Source: a virus
DNA length: 64,000 bases
Virus record (IMG/VR): IMGVR_UViG_3300017971_000228
Span: 1-64,000 of that record
Direction: 5' to 3' (one strand)
Within the stretch, counting starts at the first letter, position 1; each line of letters starts with the position of its first letter. This document shows positions 9,079 to 18,168 of this stretch, piece by piece. The position numbers were made by a program, and so were the translations under genes. The notes under the pieces were generated by a model. The model was not told where the DNA came from. It worked only from the letters and a program-made list of their open reading frames with translations, and ran no database searches.

Positions 9079-10099
9079 CCGACTGGCAGACACCGTTCCC
9101 GCATGGCTGGCAACGCTGAAGTCTCCCAACGGACTCTACAAGCACTCTGCTTCAGCCTACCACGAAGAATCGCTGGACGCGACGACGCTGGCGCTGGATC
9201 TGGAGCAGATGCTGAGTATGCTTCCATCGAAGTCCGGCGTCAAGTTCATCAAGTCCTGTCAGAACGGAACAACTGGTGAAGTACGGGAGCCGTTCTATCG
9301 GGAGCTGAGTGCCGAGGGACGCTTGCGCGAGATGGCGCATACCTACTCTGGTTGCCAGGTAGCGGCGCTGTTCATGGCGATAGACGCCCATCTGCAGAGT
9401 GAGTTCAAGTTCTACCGCCAGTTCCTATATCCAGGGGCGATCTCCCACTACATGATTCACAACATGCCTTGGGATACCAAACCCATGGGCGCGGGCAACA
9501 TGGTGGACGCGGCGGCGACCATGATGCGGTACAACGTCCGCATGCAGCACAAGCACGCCTACTGGCACGTCATCAATGAGATGTACCAGTGGCTAGATGA
9601 GCACCAAAGAACCTGGGAACACGGTTTCTGGGGCAGTGAGGCTGAGCAGGGCGTCAGCGGCGTAGTGCAAGCGGGCTATCACATATTGAGGGGACTGCAC
9701 TGGCAGGATGGGCGATACTATACGGACAATCACATGGAATCCACCGTCTTTGAGGCCATGGATCACCCATCAGCACCCAAGGACGCTTGTCACTACATGG
9801 ACTGCACAGTACTGGCAGAGCATTTGAGTCAGCTATGCCCTGGCTGCAAGATTGACAGGGAAATCGCGGAACTGGCAATAGAAGACCTAGAAGAGTTCCA
9901 TCGTGACGACGGCGCATTTTCATTCAGTCCCGACGGGGCCATAGACAACCACAACCTGTACGACGTGAGTCCTGGCAACCTGGAGTCCGACATCGTGGGG
10001 ACGGTGTTCTGCATGCAGGCGCTGAGATCGGCGCTGCATGTGCTGGGGGAGGAGGTGCCGTGGGGAGAATCAGCTACGCATGGAGTAAGGAGAGGATAG
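9059..10099 (+). CDS. Prenyltransferase/squalene-oxidase-repeat-like alpha/alpha-barrel protein
   Basis: Repeats such as LKSPNGLY, SCQNGTTG, EHQRTWEHGFWG, FHRDDGAFSF, SDIVGT. Confidence 0.55.
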   Translation: MMGAWYDRLADTVPAWLATLKSPNGLYKHSASAYHEESLDATTLALDLEQMLSMLPSKSGVKFIKSCQNGTTGEVREPFYRELSAEGRLREMAHTYSGCQVAALFMAIDAHLQSEFKFYRQFLYPGAISHYMIHNMPWDTKPMGAGNMVDAAATMMRYNVRMQHKHAYWHVINEMYQWLDEHQRTWEHGFWGSEAEQGVSGVVQAGYHILRGLHWQDGRYYTDNHMESTVFEAMDHPSAPKDACHYMDCTVLAEHLSQLCPGCKIDREIAELAIEDLEEFHRDDGAFSFSPDGAIDNHNLYDVSPGNLESDIVGTVFCMQALRSALHVLGEEVPWGESATHGVRRG

Positions 10100-10387
10100 A
10101 TGGCTGAAGACAAGTTCACTGCCCAAGACATTACGCATATCCAATTCTGGCGTTGGACCGTACTGGAGACGGAAACGAAGGCCGAAGCGATCACGCATCT
10201 CTACGTTCCCACGGATGCACCGCAAGAGGATCATGACAGAGCGGATGAGCTTTTGTGCATCATTCGTCCTGCGATTCAGGAAGCAGCAGATCGCGGGTGG
10301 TACTTTGAGACGTTCTACAAGATGAGTACGCCTCTGGAGCAGTTGAATGAAGAGTGGCAGGTTGTCATGAAACAGGAGGAGGGGTAA
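10100..10387 (+). CDS. Hypothetical protein
   Basis: Packed ORF with RBS. Confidence 0.55.
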   Translation: MAEDKFTAQDITHIQFWRWTVLETETKAEAITHLYVPTDAPQEDHDRADELLCIIRPAIQEAADRGWYFETFYKMSTPLEQLNEEWQVVMKQEEG

Positions 10388-10598
10388 TGCCTGATGCGAA
10401 GGTAGTGCTAGTCTGCCCGGAATGCTATGGGACGGACGTAGCGATTGAGGAACGGAAGTCGCCGGGGGGTGCGGGTGATGATGACGGAGCTACGCCAGAT
10501 CCGATTGCCGGGGTCTCTAGTAGGTGATGGGATGGTTTACTGGGTGGCGACGTGCAAGGAGTGTGGCTATGAAGTGGAGTGGGTGACGCGCAGGGAGG

Positions 10599-11192
10599 GT
10601 GGCGCTGGCGACAGCGACGTTCAGCAAGCAGAACTATGACGCCTATCGCGGCGAAGTAGAGTTCCTTGCGCCCTGCGTGGCAGCGGCAATCGTAGAAGTG
10701 CTGAATCCCAGCAGCGTAGTAGAGCTAGGCTGTGGGCTGGGGATCTATCTTCGAGAACTGGCAGAGTTGGGTGTGAAGGTACGGGGGTATGAGTTCTCGC
10801 CGGACGCTATCACCTTCACGGAAGCTCCGGAGGGGACAGTACTGCGGCACGATCTGACATCGGCGCTATTCGCTCACCGTCGGTACGACCTAGCGCTATC
10901 CAACCAGGTGGCGGAACACATCGAGGAGCGGTTCGCCGACCATCTGGTGCATCTGATGACGGACCTGAGCGACGTAGTGTACTGGTCGGCGGCAAGGCCG
11001 GGGGCCGGGGGGCAGCATCACGTAAACGAGCAGTGGCCACCCTACTGGCACAAGCTCTTTGGAAGGAGGGGATACCGACAGGACGAAGAGTTGGCAGAAC
11101 GAGTGAAAGCGGAGATCAAGACACGGTGCCCCCGCGTCGGGTGGGGGCACCACATCTATACCGATTGCATGATGTACGTCAGGGATTCATGA
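10599..11192 (+). CDS. Class I SAM-dependent methyltransferase
   Basis: VVELGCGLG, VAEHI, SAARPGAGGQHHVNEQ. Confidence 0.88.
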   Translation: MALATATFSKQNYDAYRGEVEFLAPCVAAAIVEVLNPSSVVELGCGLGIYLRELAELGVKVRGYEFSPDAITFTEAPEGTVLRHDLTSALFAHRRYDLALSNQVAEHIEERFADHLVHLMTDLSDVVYWSAARPGAGGQHHVNEQWPPYWHKLFGRRGYRQDEELAERVKAEIKTRCPRVGWGHHIYTDCMMYVRDS

Positions 11193-11899
11193 TGTCAGAT
11201 TATCATTCAGTGGCAGGCGTTGTGCCTGAGTGGGTAGAGACTAGGACAAGGAGGGCGGGATTGACGACCTGGAATGACTGTTATGAGGGGGGCATGGGGA
11301 ATCTGAGGTATCCGGATGAAGTGATCGTCCAGAGCATCCACCATCTGGGGCTTCATCCCTACCAGGCAAAGAAGGCGCTGGATCTGGGGTGCGGGAGCGG
11401 GCGGCATCTGGAGATGTTACACCGGCAGGGGTATGAGGTGTGGGCGGTAGACGGTGAAGAACGGGCGCTGAAGCTGGTACAGAGCCGCTGGGAGTTGCCT
11501 GGGCTGCATACGGTTCAGATGCGGTTCCCGCCGGTGAAGTTCCCCGACGGATTCCTGGATCTGGTGCTGATGGTGAACGTGCTGGAGCACAACGTCGCTG
11601 AGGATCGGGAAGAGTTAGTGCGGGAGGTGTACCGGATGCTGGGTAGTGGGGGCACCTTCATCTCACGCCATGCCGGGTGGACGGGCGCTCCACCGGACGG
11701 GGCCACGAAGCAGGTAGAGGAACGCAGTTGGCAGCGGGACAAGGATACCTTTGTCCATCTGTACACGGAAAGCGAACTGCTGGAGATCATGGTAGAGGTA
11801 GGATTCTCAGGAGTGCAGGTAGGTAGCCGGCGGGGGACCTACCCCTGGCTGAAGTGGGTGGATGAGAAGGAAATCTACGTGGTGGCCACCAAAGCGTGA
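11189..11899 (+). CDS. Class I SAM-dependent methyltransferase
   Basis: RYPDE, ALDLGCGSGRH, VLEH, EVYRMLGSGG. Confidence 0.88.
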   Translation: MMSDYHSVAGVVPEWVETRTRRAGLTTWNDCYEGGMGNLRYPDEVIVQSIHHLGLHPYQAKKALDLGCGSGRHLEMLHRQGYEVWAVDGEERALKLVQSRWELPGLHTVQMRFPPVKFPDGFLDLVLMVNVLEHNVAEDREELVREVYRMLGSGGTFISRHAGWTGAPPDGATKQVEERSWQRDKDTFVHLYTESELLEIMVEVGFSGVQVGSRRGTYPWLKWVDEKEIYVVATKA

Positions 11900-12978
11900 A
11901 CGAACGCGAACGCTTCCACGCAGTAATGCACTATGAGGCTGCGGACCGAGTACCCTTCTGGGAGGTGGGGTTCTGGGATGAAACGCTGATCCGGTGGTAC
12001 GAAGAGGGGTTGCCGATCACGGACAATTCCTGGGACCAACTGAAGACCTTGGGTCTGGACTGGTCCTTCGCCATGACCAACATTGCCATCGCTGAGTTCC
12101 CTCTGGCAGCGACGGAGGTGCTGGATGAGACGGACCAGCGGCAGCTATATCGGGATGAGTACGGCCGGATAGGCTGGCGACTGAAGGCACAGACAAGCAT
12201 GACGGAATTCGTCAGCTATCCGGTGACGGATCGAGAGAGCTGGGAGAAGGTACGGGAGCAGTACGTTCGGGTCTTCGACGCACGGGATCGCTACTGGATG
12301 GCGCACGCTATCGGCAGCAAGCGTCCCATCCCCATGGGGTTGACGGTAGGGAGCTTCTACGGGGAGCTGAGGGCCCTTCTGGGGTTTGAACGCTTCTGCA
12401 TCCTACTGTATGACGATGCTGACTTCATCAGGGAGATGCTAGCCTTCTTGACGAACGAGATGCTGCGACGGATGGAGGGAACGCGGCATCTGGAGTTTGA
12501 CTACGCCAAGTTCTGGGAGGACATGGCCTACAGCGGGGGGAGCTTCATGTCTCCGGCGATGTGGCGGGAGTTCCTGCAGCCCTGCTACGCAGCGGTAGCG
12601 GATGCACTACACGCACGAGACATCGACATTATCATGGTGGATTCGGACGGGGACGTGAACGAACTGATCCCGCTGTGGCTGGAGGTAGGCATCAACTGTC
12701 CCTTCCCCATGGAAGCGAGATACCATGACCTGATGGCGCTGAAGAAGCAGTACGGGCGAGAGTTGCGGATGTGTGGTGGGGTGAACAAGCAATCGCTGTA
12801 CGGCACGCGGGAGTGGATAGATCGGGAGGTGTTTCTGAAGACACGATACTTGATTCGGCAGGGGGGGTATATCCCAACGGTGGACCATGCCGTGCCGCCG
12901 CACGTAAGCCTGAGCAACTATGCGTACTTCCGGCGGGCGCTGGCGTTGGTGGCGGATGAGGTAGGGTGGGATGCGTGA
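11896..12978 (+). CDS. Uroporphyrinogen decarboxylase (URO-D/MtaA-like) family protein
   Basis: MNERERF..DRVP, WEDMAY...MSP, VDSDGD, GGVNK, GGYIPTVDHAVPP. Confidence 0.85.
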   Translation: MNERERFHAVMHYEAADRVPFWEVGFWDETLIRWYEEGLPITDNSWDQLKTLGLDWSFAMTNIAIAEFPLAATEVLDETDQRQLYRDEYGRIGWRLKAQTSMTEFVSYPVTDRESWEKVREQYVRVFDARDRYWMAHAIGSKRPIPMGLTVGSFYGELRALLGFERFCILLYDDADFIREMLAFLTNEMLRRMEGTRHLEFDYAKFWEDMAYSGGSFMSPAMWREFLQPCYAAVADALHARDIDIIMVDSDGDVNELIPLWLEVGINCPFPMEARYHDLMALKKQYGRELRMCGGVNKQSLYGTREWIDREVFLKTRYLIRQGGYIPTVDHAVPPHVSLSNYAYFRRALALVADEVGWDA

Positions 12979-13468
12979 GGTGACCAAGTTGCTACTCGTG
13001 CCGCACGCTAGTACAGACTGGAATGAGATGGGGAAGTATCAGGGGTGGCGTGATATCCATCTCAATCAGCGTGGACGGAAAATGGCTAATGAACTTGCAA
13101 GGCGACTAGCGTCTGAACCTATAGCGGCAATCTATAGCAGCGACCTAAGCCGAGCTATGGAGACAGTACGCGCGGTTTGGACCACTCACCAAGTACCTTG
13201 GTACGTTGAACCCAGGTTGCGAGAGTTCAGGCAGCCTAGCGACCAGCGGATGCTGGCAATGTGTGATCAAGTCTATGATGCCCTGGAATCCATTGCCCAG
13301 GCTTATGTAGGCATGACGGTGCTTGTCGTCATGCACGGTGGTCCGCTACGGGTGTTCCTGCGCAGGATCATCCTTGACTATGCAGATGAATGTAGGGGGC
13401 TCCAATGCCATGTGAATCGTGTAAACTACTTGGACGGCAAGTGGGAGGTGGTAACTCTGGATGAATGA
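12971..13468 (+). CDS. Histidine phosphatase (PGAM/CobC) family protein with degenerate RHG motif
   Basis: LLVPHASTDWN...YQG, IYSSDLSRA, RLRE, VVMHGG. Confidence 0.8.
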   Translation: MREVTKLLLVPHASTDWNEMGKYQGWRDIHLNQRGRKMANELARRLASEPIAAIYSSDLSRAMETVRAVWTTHQVPWYVEPRLREFRQPSDQRMLAMCDQVYDALESIAQAYVGMTVLVVMHGGPLRVFLRRIILDYADECRGLQCHVNRVNYLDGKWEVVTLDE

Positions 13469-13498
13469 GCAGCCGTATACCCAGCACGAGGATAAGGG

Positions 13499-13885
13499 GT
13501 GGTGAAGAAGGCTGAACGCAAATTGCTGTTCTCGGTAACGCGCAATGACTTCGAAGTGCAGACGTTTCGATCCGGTGGGCCGGGTGGGCAGTACCAGAAC
13601 AAGCGAGATTCGGGGATACGCATCATCCACAAAGCGTCTGGTGCTCGTGGTGAAGCGAGAGATCAACGAAGTCAGGCGCAGAACAAGAAGGCGGCATTCA
13701 GACGCATGGTAGCAACGCCAGAGTTTCAGACCTGGCTCAAGGTGCGGGCGGGAGAAGCTGCACTGACAGAGGGGCAGAAAGAGTTGCTGCGCCAGCGGAT
13801 GGAACGGGCAGTAGATAGGCAGATGGCAGGAGAGAACCTTTTGGTAGAACACAAGGTTGATGGGCAATGGGTGGTACAGACATAG
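13499..13885 (+). CDS. Peptide chain release factor-like peptidyl-tRNA hydrolase (ArfB/PrfH-like, GGQ)
   Basis: FRSGGPGGQYQNKRDSGIRIIH...RSQAQNKKAA. Confidence 0.88.
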   Translation: MVKKAERKLLFSVTRNDFEVQTFRSGGPGGQYQNKRDSGIRIIHKASGARGEARDQRSQAQNKKAAFRRMVATPEFQTWLKVRAGEAALTEGQKELLRQRMERAVDRQMAGENLLVEHKVDGQWVVQT

Positions 13886-13906
13886 ATAAGCAATGAAGGG
13901 GGAAGA

Positions 13907-14074
13907 ATGCCAACACTAGGACCGCTGGAACTGGGGATCATACTGGTCATCGCCATCGCCATCTTCGGCGTTGGTAAGATAGCCGACATCGGCAAGGAAG
14001 CCGGGCGCAGTGTGAAGGAGTTCAAGAATGCACTGCGAGAGACCAAGGGGCTTGATGACGTTATCAATGAATAG
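13907..14074 (+). CDS. tatA: Twin-arginine translocase subunit TatA/E (55 aa; not in ORF track)
   Basis: MPTLGPLELGIILVIAIAIFGVGKIADIGKEAGRSVKEFKNALRETKGLDDVINE: TM helix, FG hinge, amphipathic helix with EFK. Confidence 0.9.
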   Translation: MPTLGPLELGIILVIAIAIFGVGKIADIGKEAGRSVKEFKNALRETKGLDDVINE

Positions 14075-14085
14075 GGAGGACAACA

Positions 14086-14490
14086 ATGGATCGACGCGAA
14101 CTGCTCAAGAAGCTGCTGGGGGGAGCCGCTGGGGGAGTGATAGCCCTGGGCTTGCCCAAGGATATGGACATCGATACCTGCGATGAGGACGTGCTGGACT
14201 TACTGGCAGAGAAGATCGCAGAGAAGGTGGCAGAGCGGATAGGGCCCGCAGAGGATGATTTGATAGATGCGTCTCCGATGATGCCATACCCAGAGGAACC
14301 TATCATCACGATTAGAACGGTGCCATATCCACAGACTGTTACGGACAATTCAACTGGTTCGTATGGGATAGATTGGGGTACAGGCGGCAGTGTACTCTAT
14401 GACGACAACTCTACTGCGTGGAAGTTCTCAGGAAGTGGCGGGGTAGTATCGTGTTTGGGAGTAGCCGGATCAGCGGTTGATGTCTCCTAA
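14086..14490 (+). CDS. Twin-arginine signal-bearing protein
   Basis: MDRRELLKKLLGGAAGGVIALG; GGAGG RBS; directly after tatA. Confidence 0.7.
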   Translation: MDRRELLKKLLGGAAGGVIALGLPKDMDIDTCDEDVLDLLAEKIAEKVAERIGPAEDDLIDASPMMPYPEEPIITIRTVPYPQTVTDNSTGSYGIDWGTGGSVLYDDNSTAWKFSGSGGVVSCLGVAGSAVDVS

Positions 14491-15529
14491 CACCATCATC
14501 GCCATCCGCGCACGGACGCGGAGTTCACGGCTACACTCAAAGTGCCTGCAACCACTGGCAGGGAAGCCAGCTATCGTCCACGTAGGCGAACGGGCGGGGT
14601 TACTGCGGGACGTAGCGGATCGAGCGGTCTTCTGCATTCCTGACGGCAGGGCTGATGACGAACTGGCGGCGGTGCTAGGGGAACACTTCGGGGAGGATGA
14701 TTTCTACGCTGTCCACCGCGGACCGGAGTGGGACCCGGTGAGGCGGACGTGGGGCGCCATCGAGGAACACGAGGCGCAGATTATCATTGAGGGGCTGCAT
14801 GGGGATGCACCGCTGGCCTACATGGGATTCGTACGCCCGGCACTGCAACTGTTGGGACAACGCCCAGATCTGGACTGCGTCCGCTACGAGAACCTGGAAT
14901 GCCAGGTGACGATGGAGCATCTGGCCTGCCACGCCTGGCCAGTACGGCGAAGCTGGTGGGAGAAGACGGTCACGCTGAGGCCCAAGTCGGCAGGCTATCA
15001 GGAGCACCCCACGGCCTTCTTCACCGGCTACCCGGAGCAGTTCAAGGTGGGATTCCTGCCGGATGAGAACTTCTTCAGGCTGAGGCAGGACAGGTTTGGT
15101 CGGCCCTGGGATACCCGCTACTGCCTAGACTACCCGGAAGATCTGGTGTTCCTGGGAACGCTCTTCGAAGAGCTGTACAAAGACAAGCCCATCACGCTGA
15201 AGGAGGCAGTGCAATACGTGAACGCCCGTCCGCACCTACGGGCGCTGAACGCTTCCAGGGCAGAGTCGGTTCTGGTATACCCGACGGCGGTGCAGAAGCG
15301 GAAGTGGCGGCGGGCCTACGGGGAATGGGCGACGCCGGAGGGGTGTGAGCCGGTGCTGTGTGTGAACGGCAGCTGCTTCCTGGGGTGGGTGGATCCAGAA
15401 GACCGTGACAGGGACCAGCGACTGCATGGTTTGGACGGGAGCGTATGGAAGCGGGGGACGGTGAACTGTGAGTGCGGGGCGGGGCGAAGCGCAGTATGGA
15501 CGGGGGACAGGCGAGTCTGGCTGAAGTGA
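14477..15529 (+). CDS. SpsF/NeuA-like cytidylyltransferase with C-terminal Cys extension
   Basis: IIAIRARTRSSRLHSKCL, RGPEWD, GDAPL, QEHPT, YCLDYPEDL. Confidence 0.85.
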   Translation: MMSPNTIIAIRARTRSSRLHSKCLQPLAGKPAIVHVGERAGLLRDVADRAVFCIPDGRADDELAAVLGEHFGEDDFYAVHRGPEWDPVRRTWGAIEEHEAQIIIEGLHGDAPLAYMGFVRPALQLLGQRPDLDCVRYENLECQVTMEHLACHAWPVRRSWWEKTVTLRPKSAGYQEHPTAFFTGYPEQFKVGFLPDENFFRLRQDRFGRPWDTRYCLDYPEDLVFLGTLFEELYKDKPITLKEAVQYVNARPHLRALNASRAESVLVYPTAVQKRKWRRAYGEWATPEGCEPVLCVNGSCFLGWVDPEDRDRDQRLHGLDGSVWKRGTVNCECGAGRSAVWTGDRRVWLK

Positions 15530-15993
15530 ATGCGGGTCCGCTGACGGATGATCTGGTCGCTGAGAGGGTGATGGGGTGGCAGCGGAAGTGGGTATTGGCC
15601 AAGAGTCCCGGTGTTTTCTGGGGCGGACTCTATGCCACCAAGCTGGAATGCACCAACTACCAGCGGCGAAGCGGAATTGACAGAGATTATCATTCGACAT
15701 TGGTATGGGCAGAGGGGGATCGGATTGCAGCGTGGAGGGAGGAGTGGAAGCCGTCAACGGACGTGGGCGTGGCCATGCAAGCCGTTGAACACGTCCAGGG
15801 CTTGCCGTGTCTGGGGATAGGATTTGATCTGCATTCACGGGGAGATGTGAAGGTCCATCGGGAGAAGTGGACGGCTGAGATGAGCATGCCGGGGCTATAT
15901 CGACGGCAGGAATGGTGCGGTCATGGAGGTACGGCGGCGCTGGCCATCTGTCGTGCGCTGCTCGAATGGGCAGTATTCTTGACAGAACGCTGA
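15526..15993 (+). CDS. Phage ABA-sandwich (BC1872-like) domain protein
   Basis: DDLVAERVMGW...WKPSTDVGVAMQAVE...TAALAICRALL. Confidence 0.75.
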   Translation: MNAGPLTDDLVAERVMGWQRKWVLAKSPGVFWGGLYATKLECTNYQRRSGIDRDYHSTLVWAEGDRIAAWREEWKPSTDVGVAMQAVEHVQGLPCLGIGFDLHSRGDVKVHREKWTAEMSMPGLYRRQEWCGHGGTAALAICRALLEWAVFLTER

Positions 15994-16007
15994 TTCGGTG
16001 GTACTAT
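15979..16007 (+). promoter_or_regulatory. Sigma70-type promoter upstream of portal
   Basis: TTGACA-17 nt-TACTAT. Confidence 0.7.
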
Positions 16008-16032
16008 ATGATTACAATACAAGAGCCAACTT

Positions 16033-16080
16033 CTGAGATGTAAGGGCGACTCAGCACCATTGAGTCGCCCTTTTTTTGTT
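16033..16080 (+). terminator. Intrinsic terminator with competing antiterminator stem (leader copy 1)
   Basis: AAGGGCGACTCA/TGAGTCGCCCTT stem plus T7; alternative CTGAG/CTCAG pairing. Confidence 0.8.
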
Positions 16081-16096
16081 GCTTGAAGGATAACCG

Positions 16097-17572
16097 ATGC
16101 CAGATGAGACAAAACTGACGAGGGCCACCTTTGGCGAGTTGGGGGCGGCGGGCCTGAACCGCTATGGCGGCACGGTAGACAACGACTTCATCAAGGACCT
16201 GGAGCGAGCGACTTCCCGGTTCAAGATATTCACGGAGATGCGGCTGAACGATCCGGTCATTGGCGCGATTCTGTTCCTGGTGGAGCAGATGCTGCGCCGT
16301 GTCGTTTGGATGGTAGAACCTTCAGACCCGACGGATGACGTGGCCGTAGAACGGGCAGAGTTCATCGAATCCTGCATGGCAGACATGAGCCACACCTGGA
16401 ATGACTTCATCAGCGAAGCCATCACCTTCCTGCCCTACGGGTGGAGCTGGTTTGAACAGGTTTTCAAGAAGCGGCTAGGTCCAAAGCCGAAGAACTACTG
16501 CAAGGATCCCGCCCCATCATTGCACAACGACGGGCTAGTGGGCTGGCGCAAGTTCGCCGTTCGGGCGCAGGAATCCCTAGACCGATGGGACTTCGACGAG
16601 AACGGCGGCATCCAGGGCATGTACCAGCGACCAGCGCCGGACTACGTAGAGCGGTACATCCCTATTGACAAGTCGCTGCTGTTTCGGACGAGAGTAGAAC
16701 TGAACTCGCCGGAGGGGCGGAGTGTCCTGAGACACGCCTACCGCAGTTATCACTTCAAGAAAAATCTTGAGGTCATCATGGGCATCGGCGCGGAACGAGA
16801 TCTGGCGGGTATGCCGGTGATCTACCTGCCGCCGGGGGCCACGAAGGATGACTACGACCAGGCGCGGAAGGTCGTGGAGCGAGTAAGGGTAGACGAATAC
16901 TACGGACTTACCATCCCCGGTCCCAAGGCGACCAACATGGAGGCAGCCAGGGAGGGTGGGTGGTTGTTCGAGCTGGTCGTCAGTGGCGGGCGGCACTCCT
17001 TTGCCCTGGTGGAGATGCTGGAGTACTACGACCGACGCATGTCCATGGCCGTGCTGGCGCAGTTCATCATGCTGGGCAGCGGTTCGGTAGGCAGCTTCGC
17101 ACTTTCACGGGACCATTCGGAGATCTTCCTAAAGGCGCTGGAGGGGTGGGCGACGATGATAGCGGAGACCATCAACCGTCACGCCATCCCCAAGCTGATG
17201 CGCATGAACGGCTGGGATGAAGCACAGTCCCCGCAGCTGAAGCCTTCGGGTCTACTGAGAGCTGACATCGGCGAATTGAGTAACCTGATCATGGCCTTTG
17301 GCCAGGCGGGGTTGGATCTGCGTGACATCGAGGACCATATCCGGTCGCAGGCGAACCTGCCGCCCAGGACGGAAGAGGCGAAGCTGGTAGAGCCGATCAA
17401 GCCCATGAACCAGCGGAAGCCTGAAGTACCTGAAGAAGAAGAAGTAGAGAAGGCGGAACCCTGGCATCTGGTGGGGCGGATTCCGACGAGGGATGAGATT
17501 CTGGCGGGCTACCGGATCACGCCAGCGGATAGGGAACTGGTCGCAGCGGAGTTCGAGAAGGTGCTGGGGTGA
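16097..17572 (+). CDS. Phage portal protein (DUF935-like)
   Basis: 491 aa; EMRLNDPVIG, PYGWSWFE, SPEGRSVLRHAY, AERDLAGMP, GSFALS, INRHAIP. Confidence 0.9.
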   Translation: MPDETKLTRATFGELGAAGLNRYGGTVDNDFIKDLERATSRFKIFTEMRLNDPVIGAILFLVEQMLRRVVWMVEPSDPTDDVAVERAEFIESCMADMSHTWNDFISEAITFLPYGWSWFEQVFKKRLGPKPKNYCKDPAPSLHNDGLVGWRKFAVRAQESLDRWDFDENGGIQGMYQRPAPDYVERYIPIDKSLLFRTRVELNSPEGRSVLRHAYRSYHFKKNLEVIMGIGAERDLAGMPVIYLPPGATKDDYDQARKVVERVRVDEYYGLTIPGPKATNMEAAREGGWLFELVVSGGRHSFALVEMLEYYDRRMSMAVLAQFIMLGSGSVGSFALSRDHSEIFLKALEGWATMIAETINRHAIPKLMRMNGWDEAQSPQLKPSGLLRADIGELSNLIMAFGQAGLDLRDIEDHIRSQANLPPRTEEAKLVEPIKPMNQRKPEVPEEEEVEKAEPWHLVGRIPTRDEILAGYRITPADRELVAAEFEKVLG

Positions 17573-18168
17573 CGATTATCATTCGAAAGCAGCACCCAGC
17601 CCTTCTGGACGCTGAGACACGACGGGTACTGGCAGAGGCAAGACGAGACGCCTTTGACCGTCGGGTAGCGGCGCTGATGGCGTTGCTGAGGGATGGGGAG
17701 ATCGAACTGGTAGAGTGGGTAGAGGAGATGAAGGCGGAGATCAAGAGCCTTCACGTCTCTTCAGCCGTGATTGGCAGGGGCGGGCTGGAAGAGATGACAC
17801 CCGAGGACTGGGAAGCGGTAGAAGCTGAACTGCTGGAGCAGTACGACTACCTGCGGGGGATGGTGGATGAGCTAGTAGCCAATGACGGGCAGGACTTGGG
17901 GCCGCGTTGGGACTGGCGGGCCATTCTGTACGGAGGTGCTGCCTGGGGGACGTTCAACCAATCCGAACTGGCGTGGATGGAAGCGGAAGGGATGACGGAG
18001 TACCAATGGACTCTGGGCTACGCAGATCATTGTGCTAGTTGTGTAGACTATGCGAGCTACGGGTGGGTTCCGCTAGGAATGTTCCCCGGAGTGCCTGCAG
18101 ATGGGACAAGTACCTTATGTGGAACTAATTGCCATTGTCACCTGGAGTATAGAGAGGGGACGGAGTGA
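17569..18168 (+). CDS. Minor head protein (MuF-like)
   Basis: After portal; HCASC...CGTNCHCHL. Confidence 0.7.
   Translation: MTIIIRKQHPALLDAETRRVLAEARRDAFDRRVAALMALLRDGEIELVEWVEEMKAEIKSLHVSSAVIGRGGLEEMTPEDWEAVEAELLEQYDYLRGMVDELVANDGQDLGPRWDWRAILYGGAAWGTFNQSELAWMEAEGMTEYQWTLGYADHCASCVDYASYGWVPLGMFPGVPADGTSTLCGTNCHCHLEYREGTE

Noticed and set aside
1-16096. Host capsule/LPS locus flanking a prophage
   Set aside because: Interleaved with phage-type small ORFs, coupled through to the portal, lacks Wzx/Wzy/ABC export genes and carries the same ATTATCA motif as the phage core
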